A DNA stretch of 64,000 nt from Anaerococcus sp. (GTDB lineage: Bacteria; Bacillota; Clostridia; Tissierellales; Peptoniphilaceae): NCBI GenBank assembly GCA_022780515.1, contig JALEUV010000024.1, positions 16,793 to 80,792 on the forward strand, given 5' to 3'. The position numbers and the translations under genes are program-made. The notes beneath the pieces are model-generated. The model had not been told where the DNA came from. It saw only the letters and a list, made by a program, of their open reading frames with translations, and searched no databases. Of this stretch, positions 19,869-32,092 are shown in pieces (position 1 is the stretch's first letter; the number at the start of each line of letters is the position of its first letter).

Positions 19869-20882
19869 ATGTTTGATGAAAATGGAAGAATAGTAGGAAG
19901 TAACGAACAACTAGAAGATTTACAAACAGAAAATACCATTAGGCCTAGGTGGTTTAAGGACTACATAGGTCAAGATAAGGTCAAGGAGAAGCTAGGGATT
20001 TTTATCAAGTCATCCCTTGCTAGAAATGAACCCCTAGACCATGTTTTACTCCAAGGACCTCCTGGACTTGGTAAGACAACCCTCGCAGCAATTATTGCAA
20101 ATGAGCTAGGAGTTAATCTTAGGGTAACTAGTGGGCCTGCCATAGAGAGGCCATCAGACCTTGCCAGTATCTTGACCAACCTATCTCATGGGGATGTCTT
20201 GTTTATTGATGAGATCCACAGGATAAATAGGTCAGTTGAAGAGATCCTATATTCTGCCATGGAGGACTTCGCCCTAGATATCATAGTAGGTAAGGGCCCA
20301 AACGCCCAGTCAATAAGGATAGACCTTGAGAAATTTACCCTAGTAGGAGCAACAACCAGAGCCGGTATGCTATCTGCTCCTCTTAGGGATAGGTTTGGGG
20401 TCTTGCTATCACTAAACTTATATAATAATGATGATTTATCAACCATAGTAAAGAGGTCAGCTAAAATCCTTGATATAGAAATCGACGATGAAGGGGCCTA
20501 CGAAATTGCTAGAAGGTCTAGGGGGACTCCAAGAATTGCCAACAGGTTATTAAAGAGGGTAAGAGATTTTGCCATAGTCAAGGCTGATTCAAGGATAGAT
20601 CTAGATACAAGTAAGAAGGGCCTTGATCTTCTTGAGATAGACCCAATGGGCCTTGATAATATGGATAAGAAAATAATCATGACCATGTACGAGAACTTTA
20701 ATGGTGGGCCAGTTGGAGTAGACACCATAGCTGCATCAACTGGGGTAGAAAATGTAACTATCGAAGATGTCTACGAGCCATATCTTTTACAGATTGGCTT
20801 TATTTCTAGGACTCCTAGGGGGAGGATCCTCACTAAAAAAGTTTATGATTATTATGGATTAAAAATGGAGGATGATAAATGA
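19869..20882 (+). CDS. ruvB: Holliday junction helicase RuvB
   Basis: [35 protein letters not shown]. Confidence 0.98.
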   Translation: MFDENGRIVGSNEQLEDLQTENTIRPRWFKDYIGQDKVKEKLGIFIKSSLARNEPLDHVLLQGPPGLGKTTLAAIIANELGVNLRVTSGPAIERPSDLASILTNLSHGDVLFIDEIHRINRSVEEILYSAMEDFALDIIVGKGPNAQSIRIDLEKFTLVGATTRAGMLSAPLRDRFGVLLSLNLYNNDDLSTIVKRSAKILDIEIDDEGAYEIARRSRGTPRIANRLLKRVRDFAIVKADSRIDLDTSKKGLDLLEIDPMGLDNMDKKIIMTMYENFNGGPVGVDTIAASTGVENVTIEDVYEPYLLQIGFISRTPRGRILTKKVYDYYGLKMEDDK

Positions 20883-21901
20883 AGACAGAAGATTTTAACT
20901 ACTACCTACCAGAAGAATTAATAGCCCAACATCCATCAGATAAGAGAGATAATGCTAGGATGTTGCTTTTAGATAGGAAGACAGGAGAGAGGGAAGATAG
21001 GGTATTTTATGATATAATCGACTACCTAAATCCTGGTGATGTCTTGGTTATGAATGATACCAGGGTAATCCCAGCTAGACTTTTTGGCCATAGACAAGGC
21101 AAGGAAGAGTCTATAGAAGTATTTTTGCTTAACAATATAGAGGGCAAGAAATGGGAAGTTTTGGTAAGACCTGGTAAGAAGATGAAAATAGGAAGCCAAG
21201 TAATATTTTCAGATGAACTTTCCTGTGAAGTAATAGATATCAAGGAAGATGGCAATAGGCTTGTAGAATTTGACTATGAGGGAGTTTTTGGAGAGATCCT
21301 TGATAGGCTTGGCAATATGCCCCTACCTCCTTATATCAAAGAGAAGCTAAAGGACCCAGAAGACTACCAAACAGTCTACTCCAAAAACCCAGGATCAGTT
21401 GCAGCTCCTACGGCAGGCCTTCACTTTACCAAAGAGCTTTTAGAGAGGATTGAGAACAAGGGAGTTAAGCTTGCCTTCTTGACCTTAAATGTAGGACTAG
21501 GTACCTTTAGACCAGTCAATGAAGAAGAAATAACAGATCATAAGATGCATTCTGAGTTTTATACCCTTAACCAAGAAACAGCAGATATAATAAACTCTGC
21601 TCATGAGAATGGGAAAAGGGTTATAGCTGTTGGTACTACATCAGTTAGGACCTTGGAATCTATCTATAAGAAGTGTGGCGAGATAAGGGCAGATAGTGGA
21701 TGGACAGATATTTTTATCTATCCAGGCTTTGAATACAAGGTGGTAGACTGTTTAATAACTAATTTCCACTTGCCAAAATCAACACTAATAATGTTGGTGG
21801 CAGCTTTTACATCAAGGCAGATAATTCTCGATGCCTACAAGTATGCAGTTGAAGAAAAGTATAGGTTCTTCTCCTTTGGTGATTGTATGTTTATAAAATA
21901 G
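20879..21901 (+). CDS. queA: SAM:tRNA ribosyltransferase-isomerase
   Basis: [36 protein letters not shown]. Confidence 0.98.
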   Translation: MKTEDFNYYLPEELIAQHPSDKRDNARMLLLDRKTGEREDRVFYDIIDYLNPGDVLVMNDTRVIPARLFGHRQGKEESIEVFLLNNIEGKKWEVLVRPGKKMKIGSQVIFSDELSCEVIDIKEDGNRLVEFDYEGVFGEILDRLGNMPLPPYIKEKLKDPEDYQTVYSKNPGSVAAPTAGLHFTKELLERIENKGVKLAFLTLNVGLGTFRPVNEEEITDHKMHSEFYTLNQETADIINSAHENGKRVIAVGTTSVRTLESIYKKCGEIRADSGWTDIFIYPGFEYKVVDCLITNFHLPKSTLIMLVAAFTSRQIILDAYKYAVEEKYRFFSFGDCMFIK

Positions 21902-21905
21902 GTGA

Positions 21906-23287
<1,382 letters not shown>

Positions 23288-23550
23288 TATAAGATTATAA
23301 AAGATAAAGTCTATGATATTTACTAAGATAGAGGTAAATAATATGGGCTTTTTTCAATATAATAACAAAGGGCTTACTTCATAATACAAAAGAAAAACTG
23401 CAATCGCTTAAAAAATTATTTAACTCGATATAGATATCTATTAATTTTTCTAGGATATTTTATTATATCTTAATCACGTGAGGGTCTTATTTCTCTTTTC
23501 TTTATCAGGAGAATAAATGAAGTATAATTATAGGAAAGGAAGGATATTTT

Positions 23551-25281
23551 ATGGCAAACTGGTTTATCTATAGGAAGAAGGAAAATTATATAAACAATCT
23601 AAAGAATAAAAACTTATCTAAGATTGAGGCTCTGATTCTTGCCAATAGAGACATAGTCGATCCCAAACTTGTTGATATGTTTGTTCATCCTAGCCTAGAT
23701 AAGCTCCATGATCCATTTTTGTTAAATGATATGGACAAGGCCATAGAGATTATAATTGACACTATCCAAGAAGGAGAAGCGATAAGGATCTTTGGTGACT
23801 ATGACCAAGATGGGATAGCTTCTGTAATGACCCTTCTGGATGGGTTTTTGTTTTATTATGACAATATTACCTATGATATCCCCCAAAGGGTAGAAGAAGG
23901 CTATGGAATTTCATCAAAGATGAGTGAGAAGGCTATAGCAGATGGGGTAAAGTTAGTTATAACTTGCGATAATGGTATAACTGGCTTTGATGAGATTAAA
24001 AGACTCAAGGAAGCTGGAATTAGGGTAATAGTAACCGACCACCACCAAATTAGCAAAAAGGGCGAGGGAGACTGGGTAGAGCAAGTCTTACCTGATGCTG
24101 ATGCAGTAATTAATCCCCACAGGCTAGATAGTAGTTACCCCTTTAGTGACTTATGTGGGGCAGGAGTAGCCTTCAAACTTATATCAGCCCTTTATCAAAA
24201 ACTTGATGGAGACCTTGACTACCTATATTCTCTCCTGGAGTATGTAGCTATGGGAACGGTTTGTGATATAGTATCCCTTACTGATGAAAACAGGATCTTT
24301 GTAATAGAAGGCCTAAAGAGACTAAATCACACAGATAAGCTTGCTATAAAGATTTTACTAGAAGAAGCCGGTTGGAATAAGGAAATTACAGAATATACCC
24401 TAGGCTTTATCCTAGGCCCTCTTATGAATGCCACTGGTAGGCTTTCGACAGCCAAGCTTGCCATAGAACTACTAACAGAAGAAGATATAGACAAGATTCA
24501 TGACCTTGCCAAACAATTAGTCGAACTAAATAACCATAGGAAGGTCCTCACTGAAGAGGGGCTTAAAAGGGCAGATAAGGAAATTGTAGAGCAGGGTTAT
24601 GATAAGGATAAGGTCATAGTAGTCTATGAGCCTAGTATAGATGAATCGATTTGTGGGATTGTAGCAGGAAGGATCAAGGAAAAATACTATAGGCCAACCC
24701 TAGTCCTTACAGATGCTAAGGAAGAAGGTATTATCAAGGGATCTGGTAGGTCTATAGAGGCTTACAATATTTATAAGGAAATTCTTCCTACTGCCAAAAA
24801 ATTAGAGTCCTTTGGTGGCCACCCCATGGCTTGTGGACTTTCTATGAAAAAAGAAATCCTAGATAAGTTTAGAAAATATCTCAATACCAATGCCAAGCTT
24901 AAGGAAAGTGACCTTATAGAAGATATAAATATCGATGCAGCTATAAACATATCCAAGTTAACTCTAGAATTTGCAGAAAAATTAAAGGACCTGGGGCCTT
25001 TTGGCAAAGATAACCCTAAACCAATCTTTGCAAGTAAGGGTGTAGATATAGCCAATATCTCTATGATAGGTAAGGATAAGAATACTATGAAACTAAGGCT
25101 TCACAGCCAAGGGCAATATATAGATGCTATCAAATTTAATGCTCGAGACTACTATGATTATCTTAATGTAAAGTTTGATAATAATATTGTAGGCAATAAA
25201 ATAGACTTAATTTACTATCCTGATATAAATGAATTTAGGGATGTGAGAAGTTTACAAGTAAAAATAATAGATTTAAGGTGA
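23551..25281 (+). CDS. recJ: ssDNA exonuclease RecJ
   Basis: GDYDQDG, TCDNG, TDHH, GSGRS, FGGHPMACG. Confidence 0.96.
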   Translation: MANWFIYRKKENYINNLKNKNLSKIEALILANRDIVDPKLVDMFVHPSLDKLHDPFLLNDMDKAIEIIIDTIQEGEAIRIFGDYDQDGIASVMTLLDGFLFYYDNITYDIPQRVEEGYGISSKMSEKAIADGVKLVITCDNGITGFDEIKRLKEAGIRVIVTDHHQISKKGEGDWVEQVLPDADAVINPHRLDSSYPFSDLCGAGVAFKLISALYQKLDGDLDYLYSLLEYVAMGTVCDIVSLTDENRIFVIEGLKRLNHTDKLAIKILLEEAGWNKEITEYTLGFILGPLMNATGRLSTAKLAIELLTEEDIDKIHDLAKQLVELNNHRKVLTEEGLKRADKEIVEQGYDKDKVIVVYEPSIDESICGIVAGRIKEKYYRPTLVLTDAKEEGIIKGSGRSIEAYNIYKEILPTAKKLESFGGHPMACGLSMKKEILDKFRKYLNTNAKLKESDLIEDINIDAAINISKLTLEFAEKLKDLGPFGKDNPKPIFASKGVDIANISMIGKDKNTMKLRLHSQGQYIDAIKFNARDYYDYLNVKFDNNIVGNKIDLIYYPDINEFRDVRSLQVKIIDLR

Positions 25282-25285
25282 TGTA

Positions 25286-27469
25286 ATGGCAACCGATTTT
25301 AAAAAAGAATATATAAAATTTGAAGAGTATATCTTAGGAAATAATGCCAAAGCCAATATGGAAATTATCAAGAAAGCCTACGATTTTGCAGAATACAACC
25401 ATAGGGGACAAAAGAGAAATTCGGGAGAAGATTATTTTATCCACCCTATAGCAGTGGCTAAGAAGTTGTCCCAAATGAAACTTGATGATGAGACCATTTG
25501 TGCAGGCTTAATGCACGATGTCCTAGAAGATACCCCGGTAAGTCGTGAGGAGATGGCAGAAGAGTTTGGAGAAGAGATTACCTTCTTAGTAGATGGGGTA
25601 ACCAAACTTAAAAACTTAAACTATACATCCAGAGAAGAAAAACAAGCTGAAAACATCAGGAAGATGGTTATGGCCATGTCTAATGACGTAAGAGTGGTTC
25701 TAATTAAGCTTTCTGATAGGCTCCACAATATGAGAACTCTTGAGTATATGACTCGCGAGAAGCAAAAGCAAATAGCCGATGAGACCTTGGAGATCTATGT
25801 CCCCCTTGCCCATAGACTGGGTATTTATTCCCTAAAGTGGGAGCTAGAAGACCTATGTTTTAGGTACCAAGAGCCAGACAAGTACTATGAGCTAGCAGAA
25901 ATGGTAAATGTCAAAAGACGAGAAAGGGAAGCCTATATCAATGAAATTATTGAAAGTCTCTCCAAGTCCTTGGAAGGAACTGGTATAGACTATGAAATAA
26001 GTGGTAGGCCTAAGTCTCTTTATTCCATAAATAAAAAGATGGAAAGAAATGGAATTCCTTTTGATGAAATTTATGACCTAACAGCTGTAAGGGTCATAGT
26101 TGATACAATTGGGGAATGTTATGCTGTCCTAGGTAAGGTTCATTCCCTATGGAGACCTATACCAAATAGGATAAAGGACTATATCGGTCAACCTAAGCCT
26201 AATGGATATAGGTCCCTCCACACAACAGTTTTTGGAGAAGATTCCAAGCCTTTTGAGGTTCAAATTAGGACCAGGCAAATGCACAAGGAATGTGAATATG
26301 GTATAGCTGCCCACTGGCGCTATAAGGAAAATAATTCAAACCAAACAGACTTTGATGATGCCATGAGTTTTTTAAGAAGGCTTATAGAATGGCAACAAGA
26401 AGGGGGAAATGAAGTAAACAACAAGGAGTTTATGGACACCCTCAAGACTGACTTTTTCTCTAGAGAAATTTATGTCTACTCTCCTAGTGGTGAAGTCTAC
26501 TCCCTACCAATGGGATCTTGTTCTATAGACTTTGCCTACAAGATCCATACTGAGGTTGGGAATTCATGTGTTGGAGCCAAGGTTAATGGGAAGATGGTTC
26601 CCCTAGCCCACCAACTAAAAACTGGAGATGTGGTAGAGATAATTACCAGCAAGAATTCCCGAGGCCCATCTAGGGACTGGCTCAATTTTGTAAAATCAAA
26701 CCAAGCCAAAAACAAGATCAAGCAATTCTTTAAGAAATACAACAAGGAAGAAAATATTGAGATGGGTCTAGCTATGGTTATAAAAGAAGCCAAGAAATAT
26801 AGACAGTCCTACAAGAGCCTCTTCAAGGAAGAATGGATAGAAAAGATAATAAGAGACCTAGGATTTCCTACAGAAGATGAGATGTATGCATCAGTTGGTT
26901 ATGGCAAAACAAACCCTGAGGCCATAGTACAAAAACTCTTGAAATTTGAAGCAGACCTCAAGAAGGAAGAAGACCTCAACAAACCAATAGATATAAATAG
27001 GAATCCAGAGCAAAACACCAATATCAATAACCAAGTCAAGGTAGGCGACCTAGAAGAAGATGTTGATGTCAAGTTTGCCAAGTGCTGCACACCAGTGCCA
27101 GGAGATCCTATTGTGGGCTTTATTACCAAGGGCAAGGGAATATCAGTCCATGTTAAGACTTGTCCAAACATTATAAATTCCAAGTCGCCAGAAAGACTTA
27201 TAGATGTTTATTGGACCAACTCCAAGCAAGATAAGTTCCCTGTTAAGATTCAAGTCCTAACAACCAATGCCCCATCCATTCTCTATGATATAAGCAAGAT
27301 GATGTCTACCTTTAATGTTAATATTTTAGGCATCAACGCTAGGACTGACCAGGATGAGGCTATTATAGATTTAGTCATTGAAGTAAATAATATGAACCAA
27401 TTATCAGATATTATAGGAAAATTAAAGTCAATTAAAACAGTAAATAACGTATATAGGGTAAAAAATTAA
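25286..27469 (+). CDS. relA: Bifunctional (p)ppGpp synthetase/hydrolase Rel
   Basis: HDVLED hydrolase, GRPK..YSI, YRSLHT, TGS, CC and ACT domains. Confidence 0.97.
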   Translation: MATDFKKEYIKFEEYILGNNAKANMEIIKKAYDFAEYNHRGQKRNSGEDYFIHPIAVAKKLSQMKLDDETICAGLMHDVLEDTPVSREEMAEEFGEEITFLVDGVTKLKNLNYTSREEKQAENIRKMVMAMSNDVRVVLIKLSDRLHNMRTLEYMTREKQKQIADETLEIYVPLAHRLGIYSLKWELEDLCFRYQEPDKYYELAEMVNVKRREREAYINEIIESLSKSLEGTGIDYEISGRPKSLYSINKKMERNGIPFDEIYDLTAVRVIVDTIGECYAVLGKVHSLWRPIPNRIKDYIGQPKPNGYRSLHTTVFGEDSKPFEVQIRTRQMHKECEYGIAAHWRYKENNSNQTDFDDAMSFLRRLIEWQQEGGNEVNNKEFMDTLKTDFFSREIYVYSPSGEVYSLPMGSCSIDFAYKIHTEVGNSCVGAKVNGKMVPLAHQLKTGDVVEIITSKNSRGPSRDWLNFVKSNQAKNKIKQFFKKYNKEENIEMGLAMVIKEAKKYRQSYKSLFKEEWIEKIIRDLGFPTEDEMYASVGYGKTNPEAIVQKLLKFEADLKKEEDLNKPIDINRNPEQNTNINNQVKVGDLEEDVDVKFAKCCTPVPGDPIVGFITKGKGISVHVKTCPNIINSKSPERLIDVYWTNSKQDKFPVKIQVLTTNAPSILYDISKMMSTFNVNILGINARTDQDEAIIDLVIEVNNMNQLSDIIGKLKSIKTVNNVYRVKN

Positions 27470-27918
27470 TGAGAGCAGTAGTACAAAAAGTAGAAAATTC
27501 AAGTGTATCAGTTGATGGAGACTTAATCTCAGAGATTAACAAGGGCTTTATGGTCCTCCTTGCAGTAAAAGAAAGCGATACTCTTGAAGATTTAGAATAT
27601 ATAAAAAGAAAAATAGCCAAACTAAGAATTTTTGAAGATGATGAGGGCAAATTAAACCTATCCATAAAAGACGTAGGGGGAGAAGTCTTATTAATCTCCC
27701 AATTTACACTCTATGGTGATGCAAGAAAGGGCAATAGACCTTCCTTTATAGAATCAGCAAAGCCAGATAAGGCAGAAGAATATTATGAAATAATGATAGA
27801 AGAGCTTAAGAAGGAAGGCATACCTGTAAAGACAGGAAGATTTCAAACCCACATGAAGGTAGCCCTTGTAAATGATGGACCTGTCACCATTCTTTTAGAT
27901 AGTGAAAGGATTATTTAG
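27469..27918 (+). CDS. dtd: D-aminoacyl-tRNA deacylase
   Basis: MRAVVQ, SQFTL, NDGPVT. Confidence 0.97.
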   Translation: MRAVVQKVENSSVSVDGDLISEINKGFMVLLAVKESDTLEDLEYIKRKIAKLRIFEDDEGKLNLSIKDVGGEVLLISQFTLYGDARKGNRPSFIESAKPDKAEEYYEIMIEELKKEGIPVKTGRFQTHMKVALVNDGPVTILLDSERII

Positions 27919-28520
27919 TGGTAGTAAAAAGATTTATTGCCGGTCCTGTATCGACCAATATGTATGTAGTTAGTGATGAAAATAAAAGAGCCTTCATAGT
28001 GGATGCTGCTTATCCCACCAAGGCACTTGAAAACTATGTCGAACAAAACGACCTCGATATTAAATTTATCATCCAAACTCATAGCCATTTTGACCATGTA
28101 CTGGGACTTAAATATTTTAAGGACTTATACCAGGTAGATGTATATGCCAGCGAAGAGAGTAGGGACATAGCCAATGATAAAGACTACAACCTTGCCTATG
28201 ACTATGATGTATATGTTCCTATAGATAGATATCTAAAGGATAATGAAGTCTTTTCTGACTTTGAGATAGAAGCGATAAAGACCCCAGGACACACCCTTGA
28301 TTCGATGTCCTATAAGATAAATGATATAATATTTGTCGGAGATACCCTATTTAAACTTTCTGTTGGACGAACTGACCTACCAGGAGGCAACTACCTCCAA
28401 ATAGTAAATTCAATAAAAAATAAACTAGGTAGTCTTGACGGAGATTATCAAATATTACCAGGTCATGGTGATTCTACAAGTCTAAAATATGAATTAAAAA
28501 ATAATCCGTTTATAAATTAG
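27918..28520 (+). CDS. MBL-fold metallo-hydrolase (glyoxalase II-like)
   Basis: THSHFDH, TPGHT, GDTLF, PGHG; GTG start. Confidence 0.92.
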   Translation: MVVKRFIAGPVSTNMYVVSDENKRAFIVDAAYPTKALENYVEQNDLDIKFIIQTHSHFDHVLGLKYFKDLYQVDVYASEESRDIANDKDYNLAYDYDVYVPIDRYLKDNEVFSDFEIEAIKTPGHTLDSMSYKINDIIFVGDTLFKLSVGRTDLPGGNYLQIVNSIKNKLGSLDGDYQILPGHGDSTSLKYELKNNPFIN

Positions 28521-28528
28521 GAGGAAGT

Positions 28529-30283
28529 ATGGAATTTAAAAGAACTAATATGTGTGGAGAGCTAAGAAGCCAAGACATTGGCAAGAGTGTAGTCCTTATG
28601 GGCTGGGTTGCCAAGAAGAGAAACCTTGGTTCTCTAGTATTTATAGACCTTAGAGATAAGACTGGAATTACTCAAATAGTTGTTAGAGAAGAAGACAAGG
28701 ACAACTACGAGAGGGCAAGAGAAATTTCCCAAGAGTATGTCATTGAAGTTAAGGGAAGTGTTAGGGAGAGAGAATCTAAAAATAGTGAAATACCTACAGG
28801 TGATATAGAAATAGTTGCCGATAAGATCAATATCCTTGACAAAGCCAACACCCCACCAATCTATATAAAAGATGACGATGATGTAAGTGAGAATTTGAAA
28901 TTAAAATATAGGTACCTCGATATGAGAAAGCCTTCAGTTCAAAAAAATCTCAAACTAAGGTCTGATATCATTAGAACTGCTCGTGAATATATGTATGAGC
29001 ATGGTTTTACTGAAGTTGAAACTCCATTTTTGACCAAACCAACTCCAGAAGGAGCAAGGGACTATGTGGTACCATCAAGAATAAACGAGGGTAAGTTTTA
29101 TGCCCTACCTCAATCCCCACAACTTTTAAAGCAAATCCTTATGATAGGATCTTTGGATAGGTACTTCCAAGTTGTAAAATGCTTCAGAGACGAAGACCTA
29201 AGGGCTAATAGGCAACCAGAATTTACCCAATTAGACCTTGAAATGAGCTTTGCCAACCAAGATGACGTAATCGAAATGAATGAGGGCCTTATTAAGGAAC
29301 TCTTTGACAAATATACAGACTATGACATTGAACTTCCTATAGCTAGGATGGATTATAAAGAAGCTATGGAATCCTATGGATCAGACAAGCCTGACCTAAG
29401 GTATGGTTACAAGATTAATAATATCAGCGAAATATTTAAAGATAGTGACTTTAAGGTATTTAGTGACAACACAGTAGAGGGAAGGTCTGTAAGGGCCATC
29501 AACTTTAAAAACCTCGCTGATAAGTACTCAAGAAAGCAGTTAGACAAGCTAACAGACTTTGTTAAAGATTATGGATTAAAGGGACTTTCCTATATCAAGT
29601 TCCAAGAAGAAGTTCAATCATCAATCAAGAAATTCTTAACAGATGATATCCTAGCAAAACTAAAAGAAGCTCTAGATCTAGAGGATAATGACCTAGTATT
29701 AATAGGAGCTGATAAGGACAAGACTGTTCTTGAAGGTATGGGAGCCTTGAGGAGAAAAGTTGCCAAGGACAATGACCTTTATGAGAAAGAATATGCCCTA
29801 TGCTGGGTTGTAAACTTCCCAATGTTCGAGTACTCTGAAGAAGAGGAAAGGTATGTGAGCCAACACCATCCATTCACCATGCCAAATGAAGAAGATATTG
29901 ACCTTCTACTTACAGAACCAGGCAAGGTTAGGACTCAAGCCTACGATATAGTAATAAATGGCGATGAAATGGGTGGGGGATCTGTCAGAATTAACAATTC
30001 AGACCTCCAAGAAAAGGTCTTTGAAGCCCTTAATTTGACAGAAGAAGATATTAAGAACAAATTTGGTTTCTTCATTGAAGCTCTTAAATATGGTACACCA
30101 CCTCATGCAGGACTTGCCTATGGATTAGATAGGTTAATAATGCTATTTGCTAAAACTGAAAATATTAAAGATGTTATAGCTTTCCCTAAAACACAATCTG
30201 CTACTTGCCCACTATCAGAGGCTCCAAGCCCAATAGATGAGAAGGCATTAAATGAACTTTCTATAAAATTAGATAAGGAGTAA
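28529..30283 (+). CDS. aspS: Aspartyl-tRNA synthetase
   Basis: FIDLRD, YALPQSPQ, CFRDEDLR, GTPPHAG; RNLG (not RxHG) suggests the discriminating type. Confidence 0.98.
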   Translation: MEFKRTNMCGELRSQDIGKSVVLMGWVAKKRNLGSLVFIDLRDKTGITQIVVREEDKDNYERAREISQEYVIEVKGSVRERESKNSEIPTGDIEIVADKINILDKANTPPIYIKDDDDVSENLKLKYRYLDMRKPSVQKNLKLRSDIIRTAREYMYEHGFTEVETPFLTKPTPEGARDYVVPSRINEGKFYALPQSPQLLKQILMIGSLDRYFQVVKCFRDEDLRANRQPEFTQLDLEMSFANQDDVIEMNEGLIKELFDKYTDYDIELPIARMDYKEAMESYGSDKPDLRYGYKINNISEIFKDSDFKVFSDNTVEGRSVRAINFKNLADKYSRKQLDKLTDFVKDYGLKGLSYIKFQEEVQSSIKKFLTDDILAKLKEALDLEDNDLVLIGADKDKTVLEGMGALRRKVAKDNDLYEKEYALCWVVNFPMFEYSEEEERYVSQHHPFTMPNEEDIDLLLTEPGKVRTQAYDIVINGDEMGGGSVRINNSDLQEKVFEALNLTEEDIKNKFGFFIEALKYGTPPHAGLAYGLDRLIMLFAKTENIKDVIAFPKTQSATCPLSEAPSPIDEKALNELSIKLDKE

Positions 30284-30284
30284 T

Positions 30285-30701
30285 ATGGATAAATTAACAA
30301 AAGAGGGATTAGTTTTAAATAATGATAAAGGACGCTTGACAGTAGAAGTCTTTAGAAATGGGGCTTGTGGATCTTGTGCTGCTAATGGAAACTGCGCAGA
30401 GAGCAAGACTACAGAAATTGAAGTCTATACCCACGAAGATATCAAAAAGGGCGACTGGGTAGTTATAGAAGGAGATGCTAGCGAAGTAACCAAGCTTACT
30501 GCTAAGGTCTACCTCATCCCTGTTGTTATGATGTTTATAGGAGCAATCCTACCTAGCCTCTTTTTGACCAATACAGGCTTAGATATAAATCTAATGACCC
30601 TCATATCAGTAGGGGTATTTCTTGCGATTTCAATAATTATTGTTAAAGCTATGGACAAAAAAGTAGAAAAAGAAAACTTGATGAAAGTTAGAAAAAAATA
30701 A
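30285..30701 (+). CDS. RseC/MucC-family membrane Fe-S protein
   Basis: R..ACGSC...GNC plus two C-terminal TM helices. Confidence 0.85.
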   Translation: MDKLTKEGLVLNNDKGRLTVEVFRNGACGSCAANGNCAESKTTEIEVYTHEDIKKGDWVVIEGDASEVTKLTAKVYLIPVVMMFIGAILPSLFLTNTGLDINLMTLISVGVFLAISIIIVKAMDKKVEKENLMKVRKK

Positions 30702-30708
30702 GAAAAAT

Positions 30709-30756
30709 GAGTTATCACCGTTGGGGAAATCTTCTGGGTTGACCTGACGGTAATTC
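30709..30756 (+). other. Structured hairpin in the der leader (no U-tract)
   Basis: GAGTT/AATTC, ACCGTTGGG/CCTGACGGT, tandem GA/GA internal loop, AATC/GGTT. Confidence 0.5.
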
Positions 30757-30775
30757 TTAATTACGGAGATTAATT

Positions 30776-32092
30776 ATGGTTATGCCAATGGTTACCTTGG
30801 TCGGAAGGACCAATGTGGGAAAATCAACCTTGTTTAATAGGTTGGTTGGAAAAAGAAAATCAATAACTGAGGACATATCAGGAGTTACCAGGGACAGGAT
30901 AGTCGATAAGGTTGACTGGCAAGATAAGGAATTCTTATTAGTTGATACTGGTGGTCTTGATATTTCTAACAAGGAAGTTATGAATACCGAAGTAAAGGGT
31001 CAGGTAGAAAAAGCCCTTATGGAAACAGACCTTATCCTCTTTATGGTAGATGGAAATGAGGGACTAAATCCTTATGATGTAGATATAGCCAATGAAATAA
31101 GAAGGTACAATAAACCAGTTGTAATAGTAGCCAATAAGTTAGATTCCTTCAAAAATACAGATAGCGTCTATGACTTCTATCAACTTGGCTTTGATGAGCT
31201 TGCTATGATTAGTGCAGAGCAGGCCAAGGGTCTTGGAGATCTCTTAGATAAAATCATCTCCTTTATAGACTTTTCAGCCTACGATGAGATAGAAGATGCT
31301 ACAAGGATTGCTATAATAGGTAAGCCTAACGCTGGAAAATCATCCCTAGTAAATCTATTGCTAAATGAAGAGAGGATGATTGTAACAGATATTGCTGGTA
31401 CTACCAGGGATGCAGTAGATTCTTATTGGTCTTATAATGAAAATAATTATGTTTTGATTGATACAGCAGGGCTAAGACGAAAGTCTAGGGTTAAGGAAAA
31501 CGTAGAGTACTATGCCAACCAAAGGACCTTTGATGCTGTAGATAGTGCAGAAATTTGTCTTTTCTTGATAGATGCAAGCGTAGGTGTTACAGAGCAAGAT
31601 GCCAAGATTGCTGGCTATGCCCACAATAACAAGAAGGCTATGATTATAGCTGTAAATAAGTGGGACCTAGTTGATAAGGAGACCAACACTATGGCCAAGC
31701 TTGAAAAAGAAATCAGATCTACTCTATCATTTGCACCCTATGCACCTGTAGTATTTATTTCAGTCCTAGAAAACAAGAGGATAGATAAGCTACTAGACCT
31801 AATAGAGGTGGTATCAAATAACTACCACACAAGAATCAAAACTGGTATGCTAAATACTATCTTACAAGACGCAATCATGCTCAATCCACCACCACAAGAT
31901 AAGGGTAAGAGACTTAAGATCTTCTATATTTCTCAGGTCGGTACAGCCCCACCTAAGTTTATGTTATCAATTAATAATAGAGACCTAGTCCACTTTTCCT
32001 ATACCAGGTATTTAGAAAATCAAATCAGACAAAATTATAGACTAACGGGAGTGCCTTTTAGCTTTGTATTCAAACAAAGGGGAGAAGAATGA
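30776..32092 (+). CDS. der: Ribosome biogenesis GTPase Der (EngA)
   Basis: Two G domains (GRTNVGKS, GKPNAGKS, DTGG/DTAG) and KH-like C-terminus. Confidence 0.98.
   Translation: MVMPMVTLVGRTNVGKSTLFNRLVGKRKSITEDISGVTRDRIVDKVDWQDKEFLLVDTGGLDISNKEVMNTEVKGQVEKALMETDLILFMVDGNEGLNPYDVDIANEIRRYNKPVVIVANKLDSFKNTDSVYDFYQLGFDELAMISAEQAKGLGDLLDKIISFIDFSAYDEIEDATRIAIIGKPNAGKSSLVNLLLNEERMIVTDIAGTTRDAVDSYWSYNENNYVLIDTAGLRRKSRVKENVEYYANQRTFDAVDSAEICLFLIDASVGVTEQDAKIAGYAHNNKKAMIIAVNKWDLVDKETNTMAKLEKEIRSTLSFAPYAPVVFISVLENKRIDKLLDLIEVVSNNYHTRIKTGMLNTILQDAIMLNPPPQDKGKRLKIFYISQVGTAPPKFMLSINNRDLVHFSYTRYLENQIRQNYRLTGVPFSFVFKQRGEE

Noticed and set aside
30709-30756. SRP or 6S RNA near aspS (minus strand contains GTCAGGTC)
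   Set aside because: Lacks the GGAA tetraloop/AGCAG partner of SRP domain IV, is too short for 6S, and pairs worse on the minus strand.
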